DNA from: an uncultured Thermoplasmata archaeon
GTDB lineage: Archaea; Thermoplasmatota; Thermoplasmata; RBG-16-68-12
NCBI GenBank assembly: GCA_963768855.1
Contig: CAVYJM010000010.1
Span: forward strand, 64,001 to 128,000
Length of the DNA: 64,000 bases
Direction of reading: 5' to 3'
Numbering within the stretch: position 1 is the first letter of the stretch; each line of letters opens with the position of its first letter. A program made the translations under genes and the position numbers. The notes below the pieces were generated by a model. The model worked only from the letters and a program-made list of their open reading frames with translations, did no database searches and was not told where the DNA came from. Below are positions 50,204 to 60,707 of the stretch, piece by piece.

Positions 50204-50686
50204 ATGGCAGTCCTCTCGGACGCGGGCATCCTCGCCTTCCGCGCGAAGGGCGAGCTGTCCATCGAGCCTTTCGCGGAATCGAACCTCACGCCGAACGGAT
50301 ATGACGTGAGCATCGAGGAGATTGCCCTGCCCTCGGTCGACCAGCGCGTGCGGTCCGGGGCGGCCCACATCCCCTCCCTGACGCGGTTTGCGGTGAGCAC
50401 GCGGGAGACCGTGACGCTCGGCCGGCACGTGGCGGCCCAGATCTGGCTCCGGACGACCTGGGCTCGCCGGGGCGTGGTCGCCTCGTTCGGCATGATCGAC
50501 GCGGGCTTCTCCGGCACCCTCACGTTCGGCGCGCTCAACGCCTCGGAGGCCACCCTGGACCTTCCCATCGGGGAGCGGTTCGCCCAAATCGTATTCCATC
50601 TCCTCGAGTCACCCGCCGCCGAGACGTACGACCAGCGGTCGGGCACGTATCAGGGGCAGCGCGGGGTCACCCTGGACCGACCCTGA
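50204..50686 (+). CDS. dcd: dCTP deaminase
   Basis: VLSD..I, LTPNGYDV, LRTTWARRG, IDAGFSGTLT, GERFAQIVF, YQGQRGVT. Confidence 0.9.
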   Translation: MAVLSDAGILAFRAKGELSIEPFAESNLTPNGYDVSIEEIALPSVDQRVRSGAAHIPSLTRFAVSTRETVTLGRHVAAQIWLRTTWARRGVVASFGMIDAGFSGTLTFGALNASEATLDLPIGERFAQIVFHLLESPAAETYDQRSGTYQGQRGVTLDRP

Positions 50687-51689
50687 CGTCGAACGCCACG
50701 TGATGTTGCGTCGGCGAGTAGGCGCGCACGGTGTGCACGGTCAGCGCGTCGACCGTGCGCCCGTTCCTCGCAACGAGGTCTCGGACAGCGTGTACCCGGT
50801 CCTCGCGGTCCGCGTCCTCCATGATTGCGTAGACATGGACGGTGCCGCGCGGCCCAAGGGCCTGGAGGGCGTCCGGGACGAAGTCCAGGGCCGTGTGGGG
50901 CAGGTCCAGGATGATCCGGTCCAGGGGAGCCGTCTCGCGCAGGACGGCGCGGGCGTCCCCTTCCCGAGTCTCAACGCGGTCCGCCCGGTTCGCGGCGACA
51001 TTCTGGCGCAGGAGATTCACGGCCACGGGGTTCGCATCCGATGCTACGACCCGTGCGGGCCGCCGGCGGCGGGCGATGAGGATCGCGTAGGGACCGACCC
51101 CGGCGAAGGGGTCCGCGACCGCCTCTCCCGGCCGCACCTGATTGGCCACGCGCAGCCGCTCCGTCCCGAGGCGGGGGCTGAAGTACGCGCGGGCGACGTC
51201 CACGTGATAGCGCAGCCCGTACTCCGTGTGGACGGTCGTCGTGCGCGAATCGCCCGCAAGGATTTCGAGCGCCCGGATACGGAACTCCCCCGTCACCCCG
51301 TGGTCCTGGGCGACCACTCTCAGGTTGCGGTTCCACTCCAGGACCGCGCGGCCGATCTCTGCGCGGTGCGGGACGAGCGGATCGGGGATCTTGAGGATCG
51401 CGATGTCGCCGATGACGTCGAACGAGGTCGGGAGCTGCGGCCGCAGCGCTTCCGGCACCCGGGCCACGTCCTTGTAGCTCCGGATCGGCGTGAACGCCTC
51501 CTCGAACTCCCGTTCCTCGACCGGCCAGCCGGCCTCCACCCGCTCCGTGGTCGGGAGTCGGAGGCGGCCGGCCGCTTCCTGGACCTTGAGGTGCTTCTGG
51601 AGCACCCCGCGCTCCTTCAAGGCGCGGCGGATCTCCTCGCCCCGCTCGCGCGGCACGACGACGCACCAGGACCGCACGACTGCGGCCAT
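50667..51689 (-). CDS. trm5: tRNA (guanine37-N1)-methyltransferase, Trm5 family
   Basis: SFDVIGDIAILKI, GEFRIR, TEYG.RY.VD...AYFSPRLGTER, DPFAGVGPYAI, DRIILDLP. Confidence 0.9.
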   Translation of the reverse strand: MAAVVRSWCVVVPRERGEEIRRALKERGVLQKHLKVQEAAGRLRLPTTERVEAGWPVEEREFEEAFTPIRSYKDVARVPEALRPQLPTSFDVIGDIAILKIPDPLVPHRAEIGRAVLEWNRNLRVVAQDHGVTGEFRIRALEILAGDSRTTTVHTEYGLRYHVDVARAYFSPRLGTERLRVANQVRPGEAVADPFAGVGPYAILIARRRRPARVVASDANPVAVNLLRQNVAANRADRVETREGDARAVLRETAPLDRIILDLPHTALDFVPDALQALGPRGTVHVYAIMEDADREDRVHAVRDLVARNGRTVDALTVHTVRAYSPTQHHVAFDVRVGPG

Positions 51690-51766
51690 GCAGCGGAGCG
51701 TATGAAGAACTTTCGCGGACCCGTGGAGGCCAAGCTTCATGGACCCCACGGCCGTTCGCTTCCGGG

Positions 51767-52546
51767 ATGGGGGACCTCGTCTTCGTAGGCCTCGGACTCT
51801 ACGACGAGAAGGGCATCACCCTCCGGGGGCTCGAGGAGGCCCGCGCCGCAGACGTCGTCTTCGCGGAATTCTACACCTCCGTGCTCCTGGGCACGCGGGT
51901 CGAGGCGGTCGAGGCGCTCGTGGGGAAGCCGATCCGCCGCCTCACGCGGGAAGGGGTCGAAGGCGGGAAGGAGGTCCTGGAGGCCGCCAAGAGCGGCCGC
52001 GTCGCGTTCCTTGTCGCCGGGGACCCGATGGTCGCGACGACCCACGTCGACCTGCGGCTCCGTGCGGCGGCTGCGGGAATCCCAACCCGCGTCGTCCATG
52101 GCGTCTCAATCCTCGGCGCGGCGGCGGGCGCCCTCGGACTCCAGGCGTACAAGTTCGGGCGGACCACGACGGTCCCGTTCCCCTCGCCCGGGCTCCTCGT
52201 CACGAGCCCCTTGGATCCGATCGTCCTGAACCGGAAAGCCGGGTTGCACACCCTCGTCCTCCTGGACCTCCGGGAGGACGGCACGTTCCTCGACCCGAAG
52301 ACCGCGCTCGAATCGCTGCTCGGGATGGCCGAGAAGACCGGGACGGCGGAGTTCGGCCCCTCCACGCTGGTGTGCGTCCTGAGCCAGGTCGGCTCGCCCG
52401 GGATGAAGATCCAGACGGCCGCTGTCGCGCAAATTCTAAAGCGGGATCTCGGGCCGCCGCTGCACTGTCTCGTGGTGCCCGGGTCCCTCCATTTCCTCGA
52501 GAAGGAGGCGCTCGTGGCGTTCGGCGGAGCGCCTCACGACCTCTGA
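51767..52546 (+). CDS. dph5: Diphthine synthase
   Basis: LVFVGLGL, AEFYTS, GDPMVATTH, GLQAYKFGRTTTVP, GLHTLVLLD, GPPLHCLVVPG.LH..E. Confidence 0.95.
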   Translation: MGDLVFVGLGLYDEKGITLRGLEEARAADVVFAEFYTSVLLGTRVEAVEALVGKPIRRLTREGVEGGKEVLEAAKSGRVAFLVAGDPMVATTHVDLRLRAAAAGIPTRVVHGVSILGAAAGALGLQAYKFGRTTTVPFPSPGLLVTSPLDPIVLNRKAGLHTLVLLDLREDGTFLDPKTALESLLGMAEKTGTAEFGPSTLVCVLSQVGSPGMKIQTAAVAQILKRDLGPPLHCLVVPGSLHFLEKEALVAFGGAPHDL

Positions 52547-53295
52547 GGCGTCCGCCTGCCGAGCTCCGCGAGGTGCTCGACCTGCCAGAACGTGATCTCC
52601 AGGCTGTACGTGTGTTTGAACTCGTGCCCCGCCCAGCGATGCCGGAGCTCCCGCATGACCTGGCGATGGACGGTCTCCGGCGTGCCCCACTGCGAGGAGA
52701 AGGATCGCTGCTCCAGCTCCTCCAGGATCAGATCGGCGGGGACGATCTCCTCGAACGGCCCGACCGGCATGACGAGGTCCGGGGGCAGGACGTCGGGCAG
52801 GTCCCGCTCGTGGAGTCCCGGCGGAGACCACTTGTATCCCGCCTCGCCCGCGAGGCGGTCGTACTCCCGGTGCAGGTTCGTCGTCCGGCCCGAGCGCTCA
52901 AGGATGCTGAAGTAGCTGTCGCGGGTCACGCGTACGATCTCCAGGAGCACCTCCCGCCAGTCCGGGACCAGGTGGAGCATGTGGTTCGAGGTGGACAGGT
53001 CGAACGCGCGTGCCGTGAAGGGCAGGCGCGCGCCGTCCGCGAGGACGACGTTTCGGAGACCCTTCCCTAGGCCGAGCTCGACCATCTTGTGCGAGATGTC
53101 CACGCCGACCACGTCGAGGCCGCTCTTCTGGAGGGGCACCGCGTACCGGCCCGTGCCCACGCCGACCTCGAGGACCTTCTTGCTCAGGAGCTGGTCCACG
53201 AGGACCCCGAGGACGTGGGACATGACCTTCGGAGAGAGCGCGCGGGTCTCGTCATAGATGGCCGCGACGCGGTCGAAAGAGAGGCGCACCGGCAT
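52534..53295 (-). CDS. Class I SAM-dependent methyltransferase
   Basis: SFDRVAAIYD, VLEVGVGTGR, GVDISHKM, ADGARLPF, HLVPDW. Confidence 0.88.
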   Translation of the reverse strand: MPVRLSFDRVAAIYDETRALSPKVMSHVLGVLVDQLLSKKVLEVGVGTGRYAVPLQKSGLDVVGVDISHKMVELGLGKGLRNVVLADGARLPFTARAFDLSTSNHMLHLVPDWREVLLEIVRVTRDSYFSILERSGRTTNLHREYDRLAGEAGYKWSPPGLHERDLPDVLPPDLVMPVGPFEEIVPADLILEELEQRSFSSQWGTPETVHRQVMRELRHRWAGHEFKHTYSLEITFWQVEHLAELGRRTPQRS

Positions 53296-53404
53296 GGACG
53301 ATGCCGCAAAGGCGCGCAGTGATAAAAGGGTGCCTCGGCGAGCCTGAGCGGCGTCCTCCCAAAGACGATAGTTTCACCCACCCCCCCGTCTTACCCTCTT
53401 ATGT

Positions 53405-54382
53405 ATGGCCAAGGATGGTAAGCAAGGTGACAAGGTGGCCACCTCAGTGAAAGCGGTGGAAGAGCTACCCGGCGTGGGTCCTGCAACGGCGGAGAAGCTG
53501 CGGGAGGCCGGGTTTTCGGATCTCATGAGCCTCGCGGTTGCGACCCCGGACATGGTCGCGGAGGCCACGGAGATCGGTGCCAATGTTGCGCAGAAGATCA
53601 TCGCCGCCGCGCGCGAAGCGGTCGACGTGGGCGGCTTCGAGACCGGAGACGTCATCCTCGAACGCCGAAAGAGCGTCGCGAAGCTGACGACCTGCTCGAA
53701 GGCCTTCGACGAGCTCCTCGGCGGCGGCCTAGAGACGCAGGCGATCACGGAATGCTTCGGCGAGTTCGGGTCCGGGAAGAGCCAGCTCGCCCACCAGCTC
53801 GCCGTGAACGTCACGCGCGGCGAGGACGAAGGCGGGCTGAACGGCGACACGGTCTGGGTCGACACGGAGTCGACGTTCCGGCCGGAGCGCATCCGCCAGA
53901 TGTCGGATGCCCTCGAGCTCGATCCGGAGCCGATCCTGAAGCGGGTCCATGTCGCGCGGGCGTTCAACAGCCATCACCAGATGCTCCTCATGGAGAAGGC
54001 CCACGAGATGACCAAGGACTTCCCCATCCGCCTCGTCGTCATGGATTCCCTCACGGCCCACTTCCGGGCCGAGTACATCGGCCGGGGCGTTCTCGCGGAG
54101 CGCCAGCAGCTCCTCAACAAGCACATCCACGAGCTCATGCGCTTCGGGGACGTCCACAACGCCGCGATCTACGTCACGAACCAGGTGGCGGCGAAGCCGG
54201 ACGCGTTCTTCGGCGATCCGACGCGGCCGATCGGCGGCCACATCGTGGGGCACAGCGCGACCTTCCGCGTCTACCTGCGCAAGTCGAAGGGCGGGAAGCG
54301 CATCGCGCGCCTGATCGACTCCCCGAACATGCCCGAGGCCGAGGCCGTCTTCACGGTCTCCGAGGACGGCATCCGCGACTGA
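53405..54382 (+). CDS. radA: DNA repair and recombination protein RadA
   Basis: N-terminal Hh[62 protein letters not shown]. Confidence 0.98.
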   Translation: MAKDGKQGDKVATSVKAVEELPGVGPATAEKLREAGFSDLMSLAVATPDMVAEATEIGANVAQKIIAAAREAVDVGGFETGDVILERRKSVAKLTTCSKAFDELLGGGLETQAITECFGEFGSGKSQLAHQLAVNVTRGEDEGGLNGDTVWVDTESTFRPERIRQMSDALELDPEPILKRVHVARAFNSHHQMLLMEKAHEMTKDFPIRLVVMDSLTAHFRAEYIGRGVLAERQQLLNKHIHELMRFGDVHNAAIYVTNQVAAKPDAFFGDPTRPIGGHIVGHSATFRVYLRKSKGGKRIARLIDSPNMPEAEAVFTVSEDGIRD

Positions 54383-54412
54383 GCCTGTCGTGTCACATCG
54401 TGTCGGGACAGG

Positions 54413-55528
54413 TTGAAGTATCCTCACGGGCGTCTACCGCCCGTGGACGCGGGGCTCCTCCTCATTCCCGGCCCGGTCCCTCTCCATCCTCTCGTCCAGG
54501 CGGAGCTCGCGAAGCCCGCCCTGCCCCACTACGGCGACGCTTGGATCCGGGCGTTCGCCGAGATGCAGGACCTGATGCGGTACGTCTGGGAGGCACCGAA
54601 AGGCCGCGTCTTCCCCCTCGTGGGCCCGGGCCACGCGGGACTCGAGGCCCTTGGATACACCTTCCTCCGCCCCCGCGACCGAGTGGTCGTCCTCGACAAC
54701 GGGTTCTTCGGCGAGCGGCTCGCAGAGGTCCTCGCGACGCACCGCTTGAAGGTGGAGCGGGTGCGCTCCGAGTGGGGCGGCGGGTTCGACCTGGCCGGCC
54801 TCAGGAAGGCGCTCGGGAAGCCGGCGAAGGCAGTCGCCTTCATCCATAACGAGACCGGGACGGGGGTCACGAACCCGCTGGACGAAGTGGTCGAACTGGC
54901 CCACTCGAAGGGTGCGTTCGCCCTCGTCGATGCGGTCTCCTCCCTTGGCGGCATTCCCACGCGATGCGGGAAGCTCGCGATCGACGCCGCGTTCAGCGCC
55001 TCGCAGAAGTGCCTCGCCGCTCCGGCGGGCATCTCCCCGGTCCTGGTCGCTCCCTCCCTGTGGGAGGCGACGGATCCGAAGGGAATCGATGGATGGTACC
55101 TGAACCTCTTCACCTGGGACCGGTACCAGCGGGAGTGGAGCGACTGGCATCCCACCCCGACGACGATCTCCTCGAACCTCTTCTACGCCGTCCATCGGGC
55201 GCTCTCCCTCGTGAGGGAGGAGGGGCTCGAGCCTCGCTTCCAGCGTCACGCGCGCGCAGCGTCGCAGCTGCGGGGCGGCCTCACGGACCTCGGCTTCTCG
55301 CCGGTCGCGTCGCCGTCGCTGTGCTCGAACACGGTCACCTGCATGCGTCCGCCCGCCCACATCGACGCCGCGGCCCTCGCGAAGGGACTCAAGGAGAGGC
55401 ACAACATCTTCATCTCCGGCGGCCTGGGACCGCTGCGCGGGAAGACGATCCGGATCGGTACGATGGGCACGCAGGCCGAGCCCGAGATCGTCGAGCGCCT
55501 CCTGGCCGCCGTCAAGACCCTCGTCTGA
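54413..55528 (+). CDS. Class V PLP aminotransferase (alanine-glyoxylate/serine-pyruvate type)
   Basis: LLIPGPV, HNETGTG, VDAVSSLGG, PLP-Lys ASQKCL, IRIGTMG. Confidence 0.9.
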   Translation: MKYPHGRLPPVDAGLLLIPGPVPLHPLVQAELAKPALPHYGDAWIRAFAEMQDLMRYVWEAPKGRVFPLVGPGHAGLEALGYTFLRPRDRVVVLDNGFFGERLAEVLATHRLKVERVRSEWGGGFDLAGLRKALGKPAKAVAFIHNETGTGVTNPLDEVVELAHSKGAFALVDAVSSLGGIPTRCGKLAIDAAFSASQKCLAAPAGISPVLVAPSLWEATDPKGIDGWYLNLFTWDRYQREWSDWHPTPTTISSNLFYAVHRALSLVREEGLEPRFQRHARAASQLRGGLTDLGFSPVASPSLCSNTVTCMRPPAHIDAAALAKGLKERHNIFISGGLGPLRGKTIRIGTMGTQAEPEIVERLLAAVKTLV

Positions 55529-55531
55529 GCG

Positions 55532-57331
55532 TCAGGCCTGCGGCAGGTACGTCTCGAACCAGGCGATCGCGCGGTCGTGGAGGCGGACGCGGTTCGATGT
55601 CTTGCGCGGGGAGTGCCCCTCGTCGGGGAACTCCAGGTAGTCCACGGTCTTCCCCATCTTCCGCATCGCCTCGACGATCTGCCTCGCCTCCGTGACCGGG
55701 CACCGCGGATCGTGCGCCCCGCCCGTGAAGAGCACGGGCACCCGGATCCGGTCGAGGTAGAAGAACGGCGAGTACTTGCGGAAGCGTTCTGCATCCGCCT
55801 CGGGCGTCCCCATCTTGTGGTGGTCGTAGATCTGCAGGTTCCCCCGCTCGTTCGTCGTCGCGGTGAACCAGTTGAAGAAGCCCACCACGCTCACGCCGAC
55901 GGCCCAGAGTTCGGGGGCCTGCTCGAGACAGTGGGCCACTGCGTACCCGCCGTAGCTGACGCCGAAGATCCCGAGCCGGTCCGGCGAGCATCGCCTCGTG
56001 CGGACCAGCCAGCGCCCGCCCGCGATGATGTCCTTCATGTCCGCGCCGCCGAGGTCGTGGTCGCTCGTCTTCCGCCACGCGCGGCCGTAGCCGGTGCCGC
56101 CGCGGTAGTTCGGCGCCAGGACCGTGAACCCCCGGGCCACGAGGAACTGGTGGCCCGCGTCCCACTCGTTCAGCTCTTGGCTCTCCGGCCCCCCGTGGGG
56201 ATCGACGATCGCCGCGCCGCGGGAGCGCGCCTTCGCGGGCTCGTACAGCCAGCCGGGAATCTGGCGGCCGTCGAAGCTCCGATACCGGACGGGCTTCGCG
56301 CGCGCGAGTTCGGCGGCGGGGAGCCGGGTCCGGAGGCTGTCCACTAGGACGGTCCGGCGGGCCCCTCGCTGGAGCACGAGCCGGTACGGCTGGACGCTCG
56401 TCGAGTGCTCGTACAGCAGGGCGCGGCTGTCGGGATGCCAGGCGGGCCGGGCCGCCACGCCTTCGGCGGGCGAGACGGGACGGCTACCGCGCCCGCGCAC
56501 GTCGGCGGTCAGGAGGCGGATGTTGCCGTCGCGGTTCTCGAGGAACGCGATTCGCGTCCCGTCCGGAGACCAGAGGGGCATTAACTTGTCCCGCCGCGTC
56601 CGCACGGGCCACCGCACGGCCTTCGTCTCGAGATCGAGGACGCCGACGTCCAGGTGGTCGTGAACGTTCGAGATGAACGCCATCTGCCGGCCGTCCGGCG
56701 AGAAGGGCTCCGTCCGGCCCGCGTCCCCGCCGAGGAAGCTCTCGCTGTCCGGCCACGCGACGAGCTTCTCCATCCGACCTTCGAGGTCCACAATCCCGAT
56801 CCAGTCCTCATGCCCGACGCCCGCGGAGAAGGCGATCTGCCGGCCGTTCGGACGCCACGCGATCTCGCCGACGATGTCGTCGATGTGGGTCAGCTGCCTC
56901 GGACCCCCACCGTTGACCTCGACGACGAAGACATTCTCACGGTCGCGGTCCCGGTTCGAGATGAAGGCGATCCTCGCGCCGTCGGGCGACCATCGCGGGG
57001 ACGCGCTGTCCGCAGGCGTGTCCGTGAGCTTCCGCGCCGGTCCTCCCTTCGAGGGCACCACGTAGATGTTGAAGTTCTCGTCCCCCTCGAAATCGGACTG
57101 GACTGCGACCCATCGCCCGTCCGGCGAGAACTCGGGATTCATCACCGCCTGGTCCGACCTGAGCAGGACGCGGGATACGTTTCGTGCGAGATCCCGCATG
57201 TAGACGGTCCATTGCTCCCCCTGGTTCGCGGAATACGCGAGCCGCCGTCCGTCCGGCGAGACGTCGAAGTTGCCGAGCTGGCCGATCTTCCGGAGGAAGC
57301 GGCGAGGCGTGAACGTGACCTTCCGAGCCAT
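55532..57331 (-). CDS. S9 family peptidase with PD40/beta-propeller N-terminus
   Basis: PHGGPE, PNYRGGTGYG, GVSYGG, HDPRCP, DEGHS; repeated (W/F)SPDG. Confidence 0.93.
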   Translation of the reverse strand: MARKVTFTPRRFLRKIGQLGNFDVSPDGRRLAYSANQGEQWTVYMRDLARNVSRVLLRSDQAVMNPEFSPDGRWVAVQSDFEGDENFNIYVVPSKGGPARKLTDTPADSASPRWSPDGARIAFISNRDRDRENVFVVEVNGGGPRQLTHIDDIVGEIAWRPNGRQIAFSAGVGHEDWIGIVDLEGRMEKLVAWPDSESFLGGDAGRTEPFSPDGRQMAFISNVHDHLDVGVLDLETKAVRWPVRTRRDKLMPLWSPDGTRIAFLENRDGNIRLLTADVRGRGSRPVSPAEGVAARPAWHPDSRALLYEHSTSVQPYRLVLQRGARRTVLVDSLRTRLPAAELARAKPVRYRSFDGRQIPGWLYEPAKARSRGAAIVDPHGGPESQELNEWDAGHQFLVARGFTVLAPNYRGGTGYGRAWRKTSDHDLGGADMKDIIAGGRWLVRTRRCSPDRLGIFGVSYGGYAVAHCLEQAPELWAVGVSVVGFFNWFTATTNERGNLQIYDHHKMGTPEADAERFRKYSPFFYLDRIRVPVLFTGGAHDPRCPVTEARQIVEAMRKMGKTVDYLEFPDEGHSPRKTSNRVRLHDRAIAWFETYLPQA

Positions 57332-57401
57332 GGTACACCCGTCGCCTCGGGGAACGGTCGCGGGGATAAAAGTCATCTTGGCGGCCCGCGTTCGGTCCGG
57401 C

Positions 57402-57887
57402 ATGGTCGTGAACGTCGCGACGCTGCCGATCACCGTCGGCGTAGGGGCGATCGTGAAGCGGGACGATCGGCTCCTCGTCGTCAAGCGAACGTACGGCGCG
57501 CTGAAAGGGTTCTGGACAATCCCCTCCGGCTACGTCGAGCCGCACGAGTCCGTCGCGATGACGCTCGAGCGGGAGGTCAAGGAGGAGACCGCGGTGGTCG
57601 GTCGGGCGGGTCCCCTCGTCGCCGTCCGGAACCGGGTCACCGCAGACGTCAACGACACGTTCCTCGTGTTCCACATGGACTACGTGTCCGGAGAGCCGGC
57701 CCCGGATGCGCAGGAGGTGAGCGCCGCCGCCTTCGTCCCCCTCGACGAGCTCCGGACCTCGCCGGAGTCGGCTCCGTTCACCAAGGCGATGGTCGAGAAG
57801 GGGCTTCCCGCCCGCGGGATGCGGCTCGACTCGTACCTTCCTCCCGGACCCCGCAAGGAAGGCGAGTTCTACCTGCTCTACCTCTGA
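57402..57887 (+). CDS. Nudix hydrolase
   Basis: Nudix box GYVEPHESVAMTLEREVKEET. Confidence 0.9.
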   Translation: MVVNVATLPITVGVGAIVKRDDRLLVVKRTYGALKGFWTIPSGYVEPHESVAMTLEREVKEETAVVGRAGPLVAVRNRVTADVNDTFLVFHMDYVSGEPAPDAQEVSAAAFVPLDELRTSPESAPFTKAMVEKGLPARGMRLDSYLPPGPRKEGEFYLLYL

Positions 57888-57928
57888 ACGACCGAAAGGC
57901 CTTATGTTCCGCGGACCTTGGGGAACTC

Positions 57929-58549
57929 GTGACGGCCACGATTCCTGCGGTCTGCATCGGCACGAAGTACGTGCTGGACGCGTCGGCGGTGGACCGCATC
58001 CGCGCCTGTCTCGCGGAAGGCGGGCTCGTCGTCCATCCGACGGACACGGTCTACGGCCTCGCCGCCGATCCGTTCCAGGCCAAGGCGGTCGACCGTCTCT
58101 ATGCGGTGAAGGCGCGGCCGCGGGATCTCGCCGTCTCGATGGCCGTGGCCGACGTGGAGGAAGTGTTCCGCTACGGCACGAAGACGCCCCTGGCGGAGAA
58201 CTTCTGCCGCAAGAACCTCCCCGGCCCGTACACCGTGGTCCTGCGGGCCACGCCCGAGGCGCCGCCGGCCCTCGTGAACCGACAGTCCCTCATCGGAATC
58301 CGAGTCCCCGACCATCCGATCCCCCGCCTCGTCGCGCGGATCGCCGGCCCCATCACGACGACGAGCGCGAACCGGCACGGGCAACCCTCGCCGACGTCGT
58401 GCGACGAGGCGAAAGCCCAGCTTGGCGAGGCGGTCGACCTCTACATCGATGCAGGCCCCTCTCCGGTCGGGCGGGAGTCCAGCGTCGTCGATCTCTCCGG
58501 TCCCAGGGCAAAGGTCCTTAGACAAGGCGCCCTTCCAACGGGGGCGTGA
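57929..58549 (+). CDS. L-threonylcarbamoyladenylate synthase (YrdC/TsaC domain)
   Basis: PTDTVYGLAAD, LYAVKARP, LPGPYT, GIRVPDHP, TTSANRHG, SSVVDL. Confidence 0.92.
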   Translation: MTATIPAVCIGTKYVLDASAVDRIRACLAEGGLVVHPTDTVYGLAADPFQAKAVDRLYAVKARPRDLAVSMAVADVEEVFRYGTKTPLAENFCRKNLPGPYTVVLRATPEAPPALVNRQSLIGIRVPDHPIPRLVARIAGPITTTSANRHGQPSPTSCDEAKAQLGEAVDLYIDAGPSPVGRESSVVDLSGPRAKVLRQGALPTGA

Positions 58550-59439
58550 CGATGGACCCCGACGCCCGGGCCGCCTTGCTCGAGGCGGGCCGCGTCTCCA
58601 AGGAGGCGAAGGAGCGCGGCGTGGAGCTCGTCGCGGACGGCGTCCTGCTGCTCGATGTGGCGGAGGAGATCGAGGGCCTCATGCGGAAGCGCGGCCTGCG
58701 GCCCGCCTTCCCGACGTGCATCTCGATCGACAATATCGCGGCCCACTACTCCCCGACGCACGACGACACCCTTCGCTTCCGCCGGGGCAACGTTGTGAAG
58801 CTCGACCTCGGCGCGCACAAGGACGGCTGGGTCGCGGACACCGCGGTGACCATCGAGGTGGGCTCGCGGAACTGGTCGCGCCTGATCCAGGCGTCCGAGC
58901 TCGCCCTGCAGACCGCGATCGAGGCGGTCCATCCGGGCGTCGAGACAAGGGTTCTCGGAGAGGGCATCCGCCGTGCGATCGAATCGAACGGCTACAAGCC
59001 CATCCGCAACCTCACGGGCCACACGGTGGAGCGGTACGTCCTCCATGCGGGGAAGAGCGTGCCGAACATCCCGCACGGGCACGACTCGCTCGACGAGGGC
59101 GACGTCGTGGCGATCGAGCCCTTCTCCTCCTCCGGCGCGGGCGAGGTCGACGGCCGGCGCAGCGGGAACATCTACCGCGTCCTCCGGACGAAGTCGCTCA
59201 AGGAGGACGCGCTGAACGCGTTCCTCGAGCAGCTCTCCGTGGAGTTCAAGACGCTGCCCTTCGCGGAGCGGTGGGCATACGCGCTCGACCCCCGAGCCCC
59301 CTCGCTCCTCAACCAGCTCCTCCGGACGCGGTCCGTCATGACGTATCCCGCGCTCCTCGACGTGGGCGGCGGGATCGTCGCGCAGACGGAGCACACGATG
59401 ATCGTCCAGCCGGGTAGCGCCGAGGTCACGACCGCGTGA
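58546..59439 (+). CDS. map: Methionine aminopeptidase type II
   Basis: [44 protein letters not shown]. Confidence 0.95.
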   Translation: MTMDPDARAALLEAGRVSKEAKERGVELVADGVLLLDVAEEIEGLMRKRGLRPAFPTCISIDNIAAHYSPTHDDTLRFRRGNVVKLDLGAHKDGWVADTAVTIEVGSRNWSRLIQASELALQTAIEAVHPGVETRVLGEGIRRAIESNGYKPIRNLTGHTVERYVLHAGKSVPNIPHGHDSLDEGDVVAIEPFSSSGAGEVDGRRSGNIYRVLRTKSLKEDALNAFLEQLSVEFKTLPFAERWAYALDPRAPSLLNQLLRTRSVMTYPALLDVGGGIVAQTEHTMIVQPGSAEVTTA

Positions 59440-59522
59440 GGGCCCGCACCCGCAGCCACGGCGTGTCACAACGTTTAATACCGGAGGTCTCCATCGACAA
59501 CCTCCTTTCGGAGTACCGTTCC

Positions 59523-59819
59523 GTGACCGAAATCAAGCGCCTCGTCCTCGACGTGCTCAAACCCCACAAACCCTCGCTCATCGAGCTGTCGCAGCGGCTG
59601 AGCGCCCTCAAGGGCGTCGAGGGCGTCAACTGCAGCCTCGACGAGGTCGACCAGGAGACCGAGACGGTCAAGGTCACGATCGAAGGCAGTTCCATCGCCT
59701 ACGACAGCGTCGAGGCCGCCCTGCGGGAACTGGGCGCGGTGATCCACTCCGTCGACGAGGTCGCGGCGGGTAAGCGTCTCATCGAGGACGTCCGCACGCT
59801 GCAGGACCACCGCGACTGA
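59523..59819 (+). CDS. DUF211 family protein
   Basis: [40 protein letters not shown]. Confidence 0.9.
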   Translation: MTEIKRLVLDVLKPHKPSLIELSQRLSALKGVEGVNCSLDEVDQETETVKVTIEGSSIAYDSVEAALRELGAVIHSVDEVAAGKRLIEDVRTLQDHRD

Positions 59820-59888
59820 ACCCGGCATGCAGTTGTTTCGCGGGACCCCCCTCTGGCTTCATTAGACCTTCCCGCCTCGCATCGGCCC

Positions 59889-60311
59889 ATGGTGGACCTT
59901 CTCACCCTGGCCCTGACGATCCTGGCCATCGGATTCGGCCTCGTGGTGGGCTTCGTGGCCGGGCGGGCCCTCACCCAGCGGACCCTCGAGCTGGATTTCC
60001 GGGATCGCGAGAGGGAGATCCGGAGGGACTCGGTCGACCGGAGCCGGGCGACCCTGAGCGGGCAGTTCCTGGAGAAGCTGGCGCCCCACCTCCCGGAGTT
60101 CCCCTACGACCCGACCGACGTGCGGTTCCTCGGGACGCCGGTCGACTACGTGGTATTCGACGGCCTCGCGGAAGGAGAGCTCCAGGAGATCGTCTTCCTT
60201 GAGGTGAAGAGCGGGCGGTCGGACCTGAGCTCGCGAGAGCGCCGGGTCCGCGACGCGGTCAAGGCCGGTGCGGTCCGATGGGACGTATATCGCGTCCCCG
60301 ACGAAGACTAG
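59889..60311 (+). CDS. Membrane-anchored endonuclease related to archaeal Holliday junction resolvase
   Basis: N-terminal TM, SRATLSGQFLEKLAPHLP, RFLGTPVDYVVFDG, FLEVKSG. Confidence 0.85.
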   Translation: MVDLLTLALTILAIGFGLVVGFVAGRALTQRTLELDFRDREREIRRDSVDRSRATLSGQFLEKLAPHLPEFPYDPTDVRFLGTPVDYVVFDGLAEGELQEIVFLEVKSGRSDLSSRERRVRDAVKAGAVRWDVYRVPDED

Positions 60312-60598
60312 CGGGACCGGGACTGCTTGATCCGCTGGGCGACCTTCTGGACGATCGATGTCTTGAAGTAATCCGCCCGAACGAGGACGCGGCCCTCGTG
60401 GCGCCAGTGCGACGTCGGGAACGCCTTCTCCGCATCCATCTCGGGCTGGAGCCCGAGCGCCTTGGCGGCCGCGGTGACCTCCTCGGTGGTCGGTGACTCG
60501 ACCGCCCACTTCTTCGCGACCCGCCGGCCATCGGCGCGGGAACGCCCCAGGTCGAAATACGCCGGATAGAGGACGATGGGCCGGTCGCGCTTGGGCAT
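60308..60598 (-). CDS. srp19: Signal recognition particle 19 kDa protein
   Basis: VLYPAYFD..RSR..GRRVAK..AV..PT..E, K.FP..W...GRV. Confidence 0.92.
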   Translation of the reverse strand: MPKRDRPIVLYPAYFDLGRSRADGRRVAKKWAVESPTTEEVTAAAKALGLQPEMDAEKAFPTSHWRHEGRVLVRADYFKTSIVQKVAQRIKQSRSR

Positions 60599-60707
60599 GC
60601 GCGGAGCGAAGGGCCACCTCACCATAAGGCTTTCCCGCGAGGACGTCGTCGCGCAAGGTTCATTGCGGGACCCTGCTTCACTCGGGCATCGCGGGTGGCA
60701 GAGCACG

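Noticed and set aside
56654-57928. 631-aa ORF fusing an upstream region to Sua5/YrdC
   Set aside because: The upstream part is antisense to the S9 peptidase and overlaps the Nudix gene in another frame; YrdC homology starts at about 57929.
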